A stretch of 64,000 nt of DNA from Azolla caroliniana (lineage: Eukaryota > Plantae > Polypodiophyta), in assembly GCA_043228905.1 (NCBI GenBank), contig JBHGNT010000001.1:6076001-6140000 (forward strand), read 5' to 3'. Positions 43,901 through 55,096 of the stretch are shown here, piece after piece. The notes under the pieces are model-generated. The model did no database searches. It was given only the letters and a program-made list of their open reading frames with translations, and was not told the origin of the DNA. The position numbers and the translations under genes were made by a program. Positions within the stretch are counted from its first letter, which is position 1; every line of letters begins with the position of its first letter.

Positions 43901-46900
43901 TGCAAGAACACAATGGTGTCATTAACACAATAAGATCAACTTGTCTCAAATGTGAACAAGAAAATGATCTTAGTAAACTTCATCAAATGCTGTTAAAACT
44001 GATATTTCCATCATTTCCACTGTATCTACAGCCTAGATATGACATTGAACTGATGTATAAATGATAAACGTTTATGAGTTTCATCTCTTGGTCTACAGAA
44101 CCAATAATAGAAAAATTGTAGAGCTCAAGATCTTTCAAGTTGTTCAAAATGGTGATCCTATGTTAGAAAAATGGGAGACATAGAATGTGACAGTTGTATG
44201 GGAAGGCGATTAGATTATCTGCTTGTATCTGGATATTAGTTAGATTAACGTGTGAATCTGAATTTTAAGCTGCAAGTATAATGGCCAGATAAAGACAAAC
44301 AGGGAAAAGTGTGAGAAATTAGGAAAAGCTGTATTGATCCTGACAGTTATGGTGATAGTTATCATGGAAACCTCTACCATCTCTTCAGTTTCTAGTCAAT
44401 GGATGCAGTTTGACTCGCTTTGGTTTCTTTTCTGTTTTACTTTGCAGAAAAATTATGGTTTATATTAGCTTGATTTTTCATGAAATATGTCTGTTGATAC
44501 CTCTTATGGTACTCATGTCTAACATAAATACATTTTACCCCTTATGACATGACTTTGTGTTTGATGGGAATTTATTTTGAACTGTGATTGCCATTCACTT
44601 GTCAATCACATTCTTTTGCTCATTTACACCAGGTCACGAATTCTGGGAACTTTCACTGTTTTAAGTACAACCATAATTTTGAAAAAGCTTTCCATGATAA
44701 CGTCTCCTAGCTAAAAAACCATCCCTCTAGAGAAAGGATGGATAAATAAAATATGGCTTATGAAACAATGTTGCTTTGCATTATTTGTAAGAGAACAAAG
44801 AGAAATACATTTATATTACCAGTCGATATTCTCGAACAAGCTCGGTGATTGTGGATCGAACAATGGGCCCATGGATAGGACATAATGCTGATGTGACAAG
44901 CAACCCCTCTGACTTGAGATCCTTCGCAAAAGTGGTTGCTGTGCCCAAAGGCAGATTCAGAGCTGTAAATACATTTGCGACTATATATCTAAAGTCTGCC
45001 TGAAAAAGTAATAGTGCCACACATTAAGGTCGTTTCAAAACAAGTCGTCAATATCAAAGAAAATTGTTCAAAATACACTTGCCTTAATAATGTCAATTCC
45101 TGTCTTTCCTGAATAGGTAGGTTTAGAGAATTGCGAAACTATTGATAATTTATCTAATGCAGCCCCAGCCTACATTTGGGGCAAAGGAAGATTGTATTAA
45201 TACTTTAGCAAAATTCATATGACTGCAAAAAGACACCAAACATTAAGAATAAAAATTAAACGTGCTTAGCTAATGAGATTCTCTGGTACCTTGAGCAGTT
45301 CTACCAATTTAGTTATACTGATTTTGGTTTTGTTATTTTCAAAAATGAGACAACAAGTTTAAGATGTAATCTCTTGTTTGGTGTCATAGGACATTTTGCC
45401 CTCTCATTGGTAATGAAATATGAAGAGCAATGATGCTTCAAAATGTTCTTGCTAAACTCAAGAGAACATGGAGGGAATTTGTTCAAGGACAACTATACAA
45501 CCATAACAGCTCATCAACAAAGAACCATTATGACTTTCTTTAGCTCCATCACTCCTCATGCTACAAGTCAATCAAGGGCTACATAAGTGGGGTCTCCACT
45601 AAGACAATAAAAAACAGTTATAATAAATAGGGCAATAGAAATGTGCCGTGCAAGTTGGTCATGGTTATCTGAACCATGGCCCCATCACCCTTGACATTGA
45701 GAAATAAAGACAGTTATTAACTAGCACCAAAGGAATTTTCCTCTCTTTGAAGATCTCTCCGGATTGGAGAGGCCCTATTAGAGATTTTCTGAAGGAAGAA
45801 GTTTCAATCTATCTTACTCAGAATAAGTGCTTCGATAACTAGGTTCATTAGTATCCTATGTTTAGTCTTTTTTGGGGGGTTTGTTATTCACAAAGACAAG
45901 ACGTCATTTTAAGATGTAATCTCCAGTCTTATACACCATTTTGGCCTCTTGAAACACTTTAGAGTTTTTTCTTTACTCTCTCTGTCTAATTCTTCTAAAG
46001 GATATTTTATTAAAAATAGTATAAGTAGTTTACGAAATGTGCTGAACAATGTGACATGTGCACTACCAAAAAGATAATGAAAAAGGCACAAAAGCAATCG
46101 ATGGATCATAAGAGCACAAATGATTATGTTACGTAGTGGTGCTATGCCTTCAATCTTTGAATGTGACAAATGCCAAGTGTACAAAGTACCAATACAGATG
46201 GAAGTCAAATACAGAATTATAATGTGGTGAAGATGCAATTGGACCGCATTTAAGGAAAACAATTATTGAGGCCCAGATTGACAAAAGTTCAAGAATAGAT
46301 GTATAATTTCTACAGGAAATAGTAGTCCATTTCACTTGAAAATGATACCTGACGAGGTACTGGTGAGAGCATGCAATCATAAAAATACCTCCAATCTTCA
46401 CCATAGGAATCCCAACCACCCAGATCAAAGAAATTGCTACTGCACACGTGAGAGCTGGAAAAAAGAAAACCAGAGCACATTTATTGATTTTGTACTAGAA
46501 AATTCAAAATAAAATATGTATCTACAATGACTCCAAAGTTTGAATAATGACTCTGAACAATGAATGGAATACCTGAATAGCTTATGTGTGAAAAGCAATT
46601 GCGTTACTGGGTCATATGTGCACATTCCATCAGGCCACCTTGGTGTTGGAGTCAGAATAAACTCAAGTTTGTGACCTAAAAGAAGTATAGACATATTATT
46701 CAGCAAAGTGATTAGATAATTATAAGATATTTTCAGAAAAAGTTCTACCTTGCCCCAAATCAAGGTAGTCACCACCTCGGACAACTCGTATCTTTGTTAC
46801 ACGTCCTATTAAATCTTCTGGTATAGTAGAGGATAAAAGTTGAGCAGCTGGATTTGAACAATGGATCTGTATCTGTAAACCTGAATAGATGTTCATATCA

Positions 46901-49900
46901 TACCAAGGAAGTTGAAAAGTTCTTACTTGTTATATATAACCTATGATATAGTAAGAAAGCAAACGATATGCAAATACATACCTTTGTTATCCAAATGTTC
47001 CAAAATATTTATCAGACATTTGACCCTCTTAGGACTAATGTGCCCAAGAATTATGTGTTTTACATTGCTAAGGTCCACAACACGCGCTAGCGTATCCAGA
47101 AACGGGTCCTTGAAATTCTCATCAGGTACATCTATTAACGCCACTTCTGCTCCTTCTATGATATATGAATTATCAGTGGTTCCTCTCTTTAACCCATACT
47201 CTACCTGAAGTTCACATATTTCTTTTTTCATTCCTTTTAACATAGCATAGCATCTAATTCATTGCCAATAGGCACCATATTTGTTTTTTCAAGCATTCAT
47301 ACCTCAAATTTAAGCCTCTCCTGGCTACAGCCCCTTAGGCTTGATGTGTTATTGGTAATCTTTGCTATCTGATACTCGATGTTCTGCAATCAACACATTA
47401 ACTTTATGTTACAAATAACAAAGACAAGGGAATACGTGTATATTATTTCTCAATGCAAAGCTTAAGGTTTGCCGGAGAAGGATATTGCAACTTAGATTCG
47501 AAATGGAGATAAATTTTCATAGAATCCAGCTTACATTTTTTAATGTCTGAGGCTGATCAGGGGGTGTAACTGTGACAGCATTTGCCTTTAAAGTTGAAGC
47601 TTGTACTGCAAATCGCTTTGTGCTATTTAAAAAAGTCTTGCAATCTCTCCTATTGAACCCAAACCCTTCCTGTGGCACATGTTTTAAGGAAATATTAGTT
47701 GTAAAACTTATCCTGTATGTAATGTTCTCAAAGAAAGAGAAAACGTTGAATGGTGTAAAATTCTACTATGAAATATTGAATGAATACTAAGAACCACAAC
47801 TACACAAATTTGTGTTCCTGAATTCCCAGTTCATGCCATTTATAACATTTAAACCACGTGTTTCTAGTATCTACATCAGATTGTCCAAAACAAACTTTTA
47901 GTAGATGTTTGTTGCTTCTTCATTTTGTGAAAAACAGAGCGGTAAATTAACTGCATCAGTAACCATCAGAACTGCCAAGCAGCTTGATTCTGATGACCCT
48001 TGATTCTGATGACGACTATGGGAGAAATTTTGAAAAAAACACAAGAATACCCAAACCGAGGAAATACTAGCATGCCTTCATTCCTCCCCTGCATTTGATG
48101 ATCATGCAGAAATACCCCCATTTACTACACAAAATGTGAATGAGCTTATGCTATCCATTTACTACATTCACTGAGGTGGAATAAGTCACCTAGAATGTGA
48201 GAAAAGACTTCCAAATACACTGAAAATAATAGAAAGTGCACAGAAATTATGGGTCTATGAATTGATCTGTCTACTCAGAAAGCCATATATCTAACATGCA
48301 TAAAAATTGGGTCTGAAGAGATCACACCTCATAGAACAAATGCAGAGTAATTTTATGTTGTTACTGCAGAAGTGCTCCCCAAGAGAGATACCCAGTGTAC
48401 AAGTCAGCAATAGACTAGCAGCATACCACATTTAATGAGCATGTGAACAGAACCATAGGCAATGAACTGGTGATTCTGCTAAAAGATCCTTACAAATTCC
48501 ATAAGATGGATCACAAACCCATTCTAACCACCCCGGACTCACTGGTAAGCCCGCATGCACAGTACCCCTGAAATTGAACAACCCAGTGGCTGATATCAGG
48601 GAACTGAATGCGTCTGTGTGTCACAATCACACTGAACACCGCCAAGGAAAATAAGGGAGATACCAGTGTGCAAGTCAGCAATAGACTAGCAGCACACCGC
48701 ATTTAATGAGCATGTGAACAGAACCATAGGCAATGAACCGGTGATTCTGCTAAAAGACCCTTGCACATTCCATAAGATAGATCACAAACCCATTCTAACC
48801 ACCCCGGACTCACTGGTAAGTCCGCATGCACAGTGCCCCTGAAATTGAAAAACCTGGTGGCTGATATCAGGGAACTGAATGCATCTGTATGCCACAATCA
48901 CATTGAACACCGCCACGGAAATGCCGCTCTGAAGAGGTGAGAGACAGAAACTAGCATCCTATAAAATATATCTATTTCTCACATTTCCTGCATATCATAT
49001 ATGTACCATCTTCTAATGAATTGATCAGAAAGTGCCCAAATAGCACATATAATTGGTGGAGGGGTTGACATAGAGAATTTCAGAAACAACAGAAACTTCA
49101 GGGCATTTGGAAAAACAACGAAAAGTAAGGGATATTTCAAATTTTCTCCCAGCAATTTTGCATTATTTGAACCGTGTTTCCATCTCAGGGGATTAAGTTT
49201 GTGCTTTTACATACATCTGTACATTATGGGATTTAAACCATACTATTTACTTCATTTCCATATTCACTGGGCTCAAATTGTACTTTTCCGTATTTCCATA
49301 ATTCTTAAGATTGAACCAAACATTCTACCATACTTCTATGAATGCATTTGTTATATAATCAGCAGCATAGAAAAACTTTGGACCACAACCACATATAAGT
49401 GATATATGTATGCCTATTCCCAATGCTCCTTTCTTCAATTACATGAAATCTATTTATAAATCCATGTATACTTATGCAACTGGTAGATAGATAAGAAAGA
49501 ATATCTAGGCACACCATCACATCCTTCAATAACATGAAAAAGTGTATATATTTCTGTGTTTTAGACATTCTGAAACAGGAAAATAAATCATCACTTGCTT
49601 GATCTTGGTCAATGTTGCATTTGACTGTGATTGAATTGCTTCATCAAAATGGAAAACAAATCTTTTTATTTTGCAATATTTCTCCGCAACATAAAGGCAT
49701 GGAAATAGATCATCATGTTTCATCTTCTTGAATGTTGCACTATAATTTTAACACCAATAAATACTATTGAATCGCATCAATAAAATGAAATTTTTAAATA
49801 AAACATTAACACACCATTTAAAACATGAAAAAATAAACCGCTGAGGTTTGATCTTCCTTACAATAAGCTCTCATGAATGATTTAAAATGATGGAAAATTA

Positions 49901-50003
49901 CTTTTGGAAGAGTTTCAAATACCTGCAGAGAAAACTTGACGATGGGTCCAGATGAGCAAAAGAGAAGGGAGGAGGAAGAAGAAAGATAAAATGAAGTAGC
50001 CAT
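40938..50003 (-). CDS. FLVA: Chloroplast flavodiiron protein A (class C FDP: metallo-beta-lactamase-like + flavodoxin + flavin reductase domains), ~706 aa, ~17 exons
   Basis: Exons: 49923-50003, 47535-47669, 47303-47383, 46982-47204, 46749-46880, 46573-46675, 46349-46454, 45083-45169, 44820-44999, 43802-43899, 43571-43718, 43058-43219, 42793-42921, 42379-42501, 41390-41578, 41206-41295, 40938-40991. FLVA/Flv1-type motifs RLKFEVEYGLKRGTTDNSY, HISPKR, PTPRWPD and THKLFS lack the canonical HxExD/H/D diiron ligands of FLVB/Flv3. Flavodoxin domain: YASAYGNT, GSPTLGG, FGSFGWSGEA. Reductase domain: ASWVSQASF, GDHW, HYRKTG. The first two exons (transit peptide) are less certain. Confidence 0.95.
41630..42365. 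repeat. Degenerate ~22-bp tandem repeat array (consensus AACAATGCTCAAATGTGTATGT) filling an FLVA intron
   Basis: About 20 variants, e.g. aacaatgcccaaatatatatgt, aacaatgaccaaatgtctatgt, aacaatgcacaaatgtgtatgc, aacaaagctcaaatgtgtatgt. Confidence 0.8.
48385..48922 (-). mobile_element. Tandemly duplicated (~270 bp x2) LINE ORF2 zinc-finger fragment in FLVA intron 1
   Basis: 48385-48652 and 48657-48922 are near-identical. The minus strand reads RFFNFR..HADLPV..DPSYGICK..ESPVHCLWFCSHAH*MW, matching the LINE zf-RVT pattern C..C..ES..H...C..A...W. Confidence 0.7.
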
Positions 50004-50833
50004 AGCTCATATCTTTCTTCTAGCTTTATCCTGTTGTATATACTATAGACACAGATATATTTTAGCTGTCCATATTCTCAACTCCTCATATTAATTACGC
50101 ACAAAATCTATTTATATGTATTGTATACCACACAAGTTTTCCCTTCCATTTTCAAAGCAAAGCCGTCGAAACTCCACTTTCGCATGCTCCGATACACATC
50201 ACGAATGTCGGCTTCGAGATTTCCACGTCTCTATGTTTCCCGGACATCGTTAAATGTACGCTTAGAATTTCCTAGAAACGTGCCTCGACATGCTTATCCC
50301 AATTCAAGACTTGCCTTGTTTTCTATGCTAGAGTTAAGTTCGATCCTTGTCGAGGGTCTCGCCTAATCTCGTAGATCACAATTGGTCTTTCGTGGACATT
50401 AAAACGATAACTCTCTTTCTACAAGGATATGACATTGCGCATCCAACCATACCCCCTTGCCATCTCATGGAATCACCATTCTTTGTGCTCGTAGTCATGG
50501 TCTTGAACTCGAGAACGGGGCTTGGGTATGGCTTGTTAGAGAAAACTAGACGTGCATATGTTCTCGGATTCATCCTATTGAGGATCATGAGCATCTAGCA
50601 CTACAACTCAAAGTACGCATTGCCATTCGAACAATGTTTCTCACTGTCGATTATCACACACACTTAACACTATCTACAGTGTACAATGTCTTTTAGTTAA
50701 GACATATCAAGCCCAACTTATCCGGATATGTGTGCATCATTGTACCCTTTGCTTACACATTAGATTCTTATCATGAAAATACATGGAGCACTTGTGGCTA
50801 AGCTCATTGACAAGCAAAGAAGTGTGCCACTAA

Positions 50834-50900
50834 TATAGGGAATCGAACCCATGACCTTTTGGTCCCCATCGGGCAACCTTACCAACTACACTACATCTAT
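50834..50900 (-). mobile_element. tRNA-derived SINE-like head with Pol III A and B boxes
   Basis: Minus strand ATAGATGTAGTGTAGTTGGTAAG...GGTCATGGGTTCGATTCCC contains an A-box-like TAGTGTAGTTGG and a B-box GGTTCGATTCC. It does not fold into a full cloverleaf. Related copies lie near 1712 and 1921. Confidence 0.6.
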
Positions 50901-51985
50901 GTTGTAACCCATTGACCAAATTGCATAATAGATGACAATGAATCATACGTAAGTTATTCAAGCTCACATTAAATCATTGTCCTAACTGACTTCCTGTCTA
51001 CAATTTGGCATAACTCGAAACGCCTTCACAACACTAAATTTAACAATAGAAAGACAATGTGCATGACATATCACTCCAGACTTGAGATGATAATATGTTT
51101 TGGATGGTCACATGCCAAGCAAAAACTTGTTGAGGAATGTTGGATAAATACGATTCACCTACCTAGGTAACATCGTTCTTCAATAAGTTTGTATCTAAAA
51201 TGAATTCTGGTGTTAGTTATTATATCGGGTTATGTGAGGTACACCAATGTCTTCACCAAAGTCATCTTAGCACATCTCAAAAGGTAATCTCCCTCATTGA
51301 CCAAGAACAAAAAAATATCACATAGGCATACCAAGAAGTAACAATGCGTGTGTTGAGTGAAGGTCATTGACTTGTCTTAAGTGGAACAATGACAACAATG
51401 CCCACACTAAATATCCCCTCTCGTGTAATTGTTACACCTTTGCCATAGCCCAACAAAGCATTCATCCAAGCCCCAAAACTCCAAGCAACTCACGTCGTGC
51501 ATACATTGTTAACACCATTGAATCGGCATATAGTTCCTCTCATTACATTAGTTGAAAGACGATGAGGTGATTCCCTCACATCTCAACCCATGTGGAAAGG
51601 TACCAAAAACGCGGTTTTTCAGCATGGGGGAGGGTAAAAAATATCCAGGGAAAAATGAAGGACGGGTTTTCGAAAACCCCAACAGAATGTAGGAAATCAT
51701 CAGGAATGGCATGGATGGTGTCGGTCTCCGTGGTTTCCCTTTTTACAGAGAGGTATGGGGGTCGAGGGCATGCTTGGGAAATAAGGGAAAACTTAAGGGC
51801 ATTTCGAGAAACAAAAAGGAAACGAAAGAAAATAATATCGGCAAAAGGTTTGGAGGGCTAGTTTTGTTATTTCATGATACGGCGAGACTCCGAGAGAAAC
51901 AGTAGTCTTTTGGAAGGAGGTTTCCCTCTCTGTCTGTCTGCTATGTTCCCTAAGAAACAACAGAACAGAGCAGAAGAACTTGTGT

Positions 51986-52021
51986 GAAGAAGAAGAAGAA
52001 GAAGAAGAAGAAGAAGAAGAA
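51986..52021. repeat. (GAA)12 microsatellite between FLVA and the phosphatase
   Basis: Direct reading. Confidence 0.95.
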
Positions 52022-52933
52022 GATGGAGTTTCCATTGTTCTGCTCTCCTTCTTATTCTCTTCACACGGTAAATTACCTCCCTGTCCATCCCCCCTCCCCC
52101 CCGCTATCTCTCTATTTCTAGTGTTTGTGTTGGTTGTTTATTGCATCTCTTTCTCCATGTTTTAGATCGAATTCTTGAAGATCAACATTGCAGGTTTATT
52201 CTCACATCTCTTTTCTATTTTCCTTTCAACAGAATGACGATGGTTTCGTAACACCGTCTTCTTCTGTATTGCCTCTCTTCACCTCGAGATTCTCAAGCAG
52301 GAGGTAAACCTTATTAAAAACCAAAATTTCATGCATTTTCTCTGCTTCTTTGCAAGTCTTTGTGAACATGGGAAATCACGTGAAAAACATGTGGGCATGT
52401 AAGCATAAAATGTAGATAAACTATGCTGAACTCTCTCGCGTCAAATGTTAATATATTTAAATACGTGGAAAGCTTGTTTATCTACTCGCTGTTTATCTTT
52501 AATTGATGCTAATAAACATGGAAAACTTGCAAAAATAGTCTTTGAATAGTTTTTCAACAAATCTATCAGTGCTCGCACATTGGTTATAAACATATGAAAT
52601 TATACACCATTGATAAATAAAAATCTCAATATTTCATGCATGGACAAGCCAAATAGGTGCTATGGACTGCAGCTGAACATTGTGCAATAATGGGCAGTTC
52701 CCTAGTTTGACCTACTTTACAATATGTTATCAATCGCAAATGGTAATGAGGTAGGGTCTTGTGGTGCCACTTCTCGATGTAAATATGTAAACAAGATTGT
52801 GCAGTGGTAAATGTTGTGCTTTGCAACCTTGCAGTCATGCATTCAAGTGTTGAGTAATGGGTCTAATTTTGTATTAAAGTGATGCTAGACCAAGAAATTT
52901 ACTGATGATCATCATTGCTACAGATCACAATTG

Positions 52934-53803
52934 ATGGCAAGAAGTGCTCGCAGTTTGCAGACCATCATAATTAGTATGACAACTGAAAGGTCAGCAAAGC
53001 CACCCAACGAACGTGTCATGTGCATACTAGACTTTGATGAGACCATCACTGAGAGAGATAGTAGTGAATGGGTTGCAGAACAACTAGGCTATGCCAATCT
53101 CTTCAAGGACCTTCGTGATGATGGGATGGCATGGCATGATGCAATGAACTATGTGTTAGGTCTATCACATTCTACAGGCACCTCTATAACAGCAATCCAA
53201 TATGCTCTATGGAATATCCCTCTACACCCAAACATTGTGCCAACCCTAAAATTGGCACATGAGCGTGGCTGTGAGTTGCGCATACTCAGCGATGCAAATA
53301 CCTTCTTTATTGACACAGTGCTCCAGCATCATGGTATCAGAGGTATCTTCACTGGCGTCCACAGTAACCCTGCCTGGATTGATAACAAGGGTCAGTTACA
53401 ATACACGGCTCTTGCTAATGCTAATTATGCCAGGCCATCAGTCTCAGCTAACAATAATTCTTATAATGAGAATTTTCCCGTCACGATGATGATGCCGCCT
53501 CATTCTTGCCCTCACTGTCCTCCTAATCTTTGCAAGGGTGCTGTTTTAGATGCCATTCTCAGTTTGAGATTAAATCATGCATTTAGTCATGCTGATAATG
53601 TGAGGTCGAAGGTTGTGTATGTTGGTGATGGAAGTGGAGACTATTGCCCATCCTTACGCTTACGTGCCCATGATGTCGCTTTACCCCGTAAAGGCTACCC
53701 GTTAGATAAACTATTGTACCATAATGCTCCCATTGTTGCAGCCCAGGTTCAGCCTTGGACCTCTTTATCTCTTGCCCTTCATCATAACATATTAGCATTG
53801 TGA
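52934..53803 (+). CDS. PHOSPHO1/PECP/PPsPase-type HAD phosphatase, 289 aa, intronless CDS
   Basis: Single ORF with HAD motif I LDFDETI, motif II ILSDAN, CPHCPPNLCKG and motif IV YVGDGSGDYCP. Probable 5'UTR intron 52304-52923 (GAG|gtaaac ... ctacag). Confidence 0.93.
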   Translation: MARSARSLQTIIISMTTERSAKPPNERVMCILDFDETITERDSSEWVAEQLGYANLFKDLRDDGMAWHDAMNYVLGLSHSTGTSITAIQYALWNIPLHPNIVPTLKLAHERGCELRILSDANTFFIDTVLQHHGIRGIFTGVHSNPAWIDNKGQLQYTALANANYARPSVSANNNSYNENFPVTMMMPPHSCPHCPPNLCKGAVLDAILSLRLNHAFSHADNVRSKVVYVGDGSGDYCPSLRLRAHDVALPRKGYPLDKLLYHNAPIVAAQVQPWTSLSLALHHNILAL

Positions 53804-55096
53804 ACATTATTAAGACCCAAGCTTTTAGTCGACGGAGGACAATGCCTCAGGATTCGATTCACAGTTACAGAAAAGGATTTTGATGCTAGCATTGCTTATT
53901 GAGATGCTTGTTTAGTAGTGACTTCAATTATCCCAAAAAAATTTAGCTACACCTGAATGAATAAGTGCATGTCATGACCAAAGTTTTTCAAGGCTTTAGC
54001 AGTACAAAGCAAGATACATTATAGAGTTTAATGCCTCTTCATGAACATGTGAATCTGTTAAAGCTTTGGTGATGCAAAGCCTAAAGCAATGGTATTTTGT
54101 ATGAACCCAACAATACCTGAATGCAGTTTAAATGCCTGAAAACATAAAAATCCCTACTTTCTATGACCGAACGTGCGAAAACTTTGCTGTTGCAAAGACT
54201 TAAGGCAAGGGGGCTATGTATTATAATATTGATAATACTCTACATAAGGACCCGATAATACTTTACAACATCTTTCTTCATTAAAATGTTCAAAGCCTGA
54301 AGCTTTGTCACCACCGAGAGATATGTATGATAGTGAATAATAACCTACATAAAAACTTGATAATACATTAATCTCTGCATTCTTATTTTCTTCATATTTC
54401 AAAAGCATGTTGGATCATATGTAATGAAATGAATGTGACTATCAAGGTATGTAATGAAAGCATGTAATTATAGTGTCACTACTGCATTCTTTGTTTCTCA
54501 TGCAGATTGCTAGCATATTTGAGACATCACGTCTCATACTCACCCAATACTTGCCTACTCGTTGATTCGCCTCCAAACTTCATTGTTCTCATGCAGGTTT
54601 TTAGCATACATATGCCATCACATTCATGGAGTTGATCACTGATGTTTACATAGATATCAGCACAAATATGTTAAAGAGTTGTATAAATACGCACATGACA
54701 AACTAAGTACAATCCACCTATATACTTGTTAGATCCTCAACATGTTTACTTCTATAAACAATCCACAAAGCAAAGAATCAGTGTTATATTTATCATGTTC
54801 ATGGAGTTGATTGCTGGTGTTTTACAGATACTATATCACATTCATGGAGTCGATTGTTTTCATTAGCTGGAATGTCACTTCATACATTCCTAGGAGTGAA
54901 CTTGTGATCAACATCACTATGTATAACCCAATACATGGTTCCATTTTACGATTTGCTAATTAGATCCACTCTGTACACTCAAGTCTCCTAGCTGTAGGAT
55001 GAAATGTACAGCAACCAACTCATACATAAATTTTGATATCCTAATTTGGTCCCACCTATCAAAATTTGTCATATCGGTATGAAGTATTTTCCAACT

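Noticed and set aside
50036-50043. P1BS motif GTATATAC between FLVA and the phosphatase
   Set aside because: A single short motif is expected by chance in AT-rich DNA, and it is ~2 kb from the probable phosphatase TSS.
50834-50900. Functional tRNA gene
   Set aside because: The acceptor and anticodon stems do not pair, so it is treated as SINE-like.
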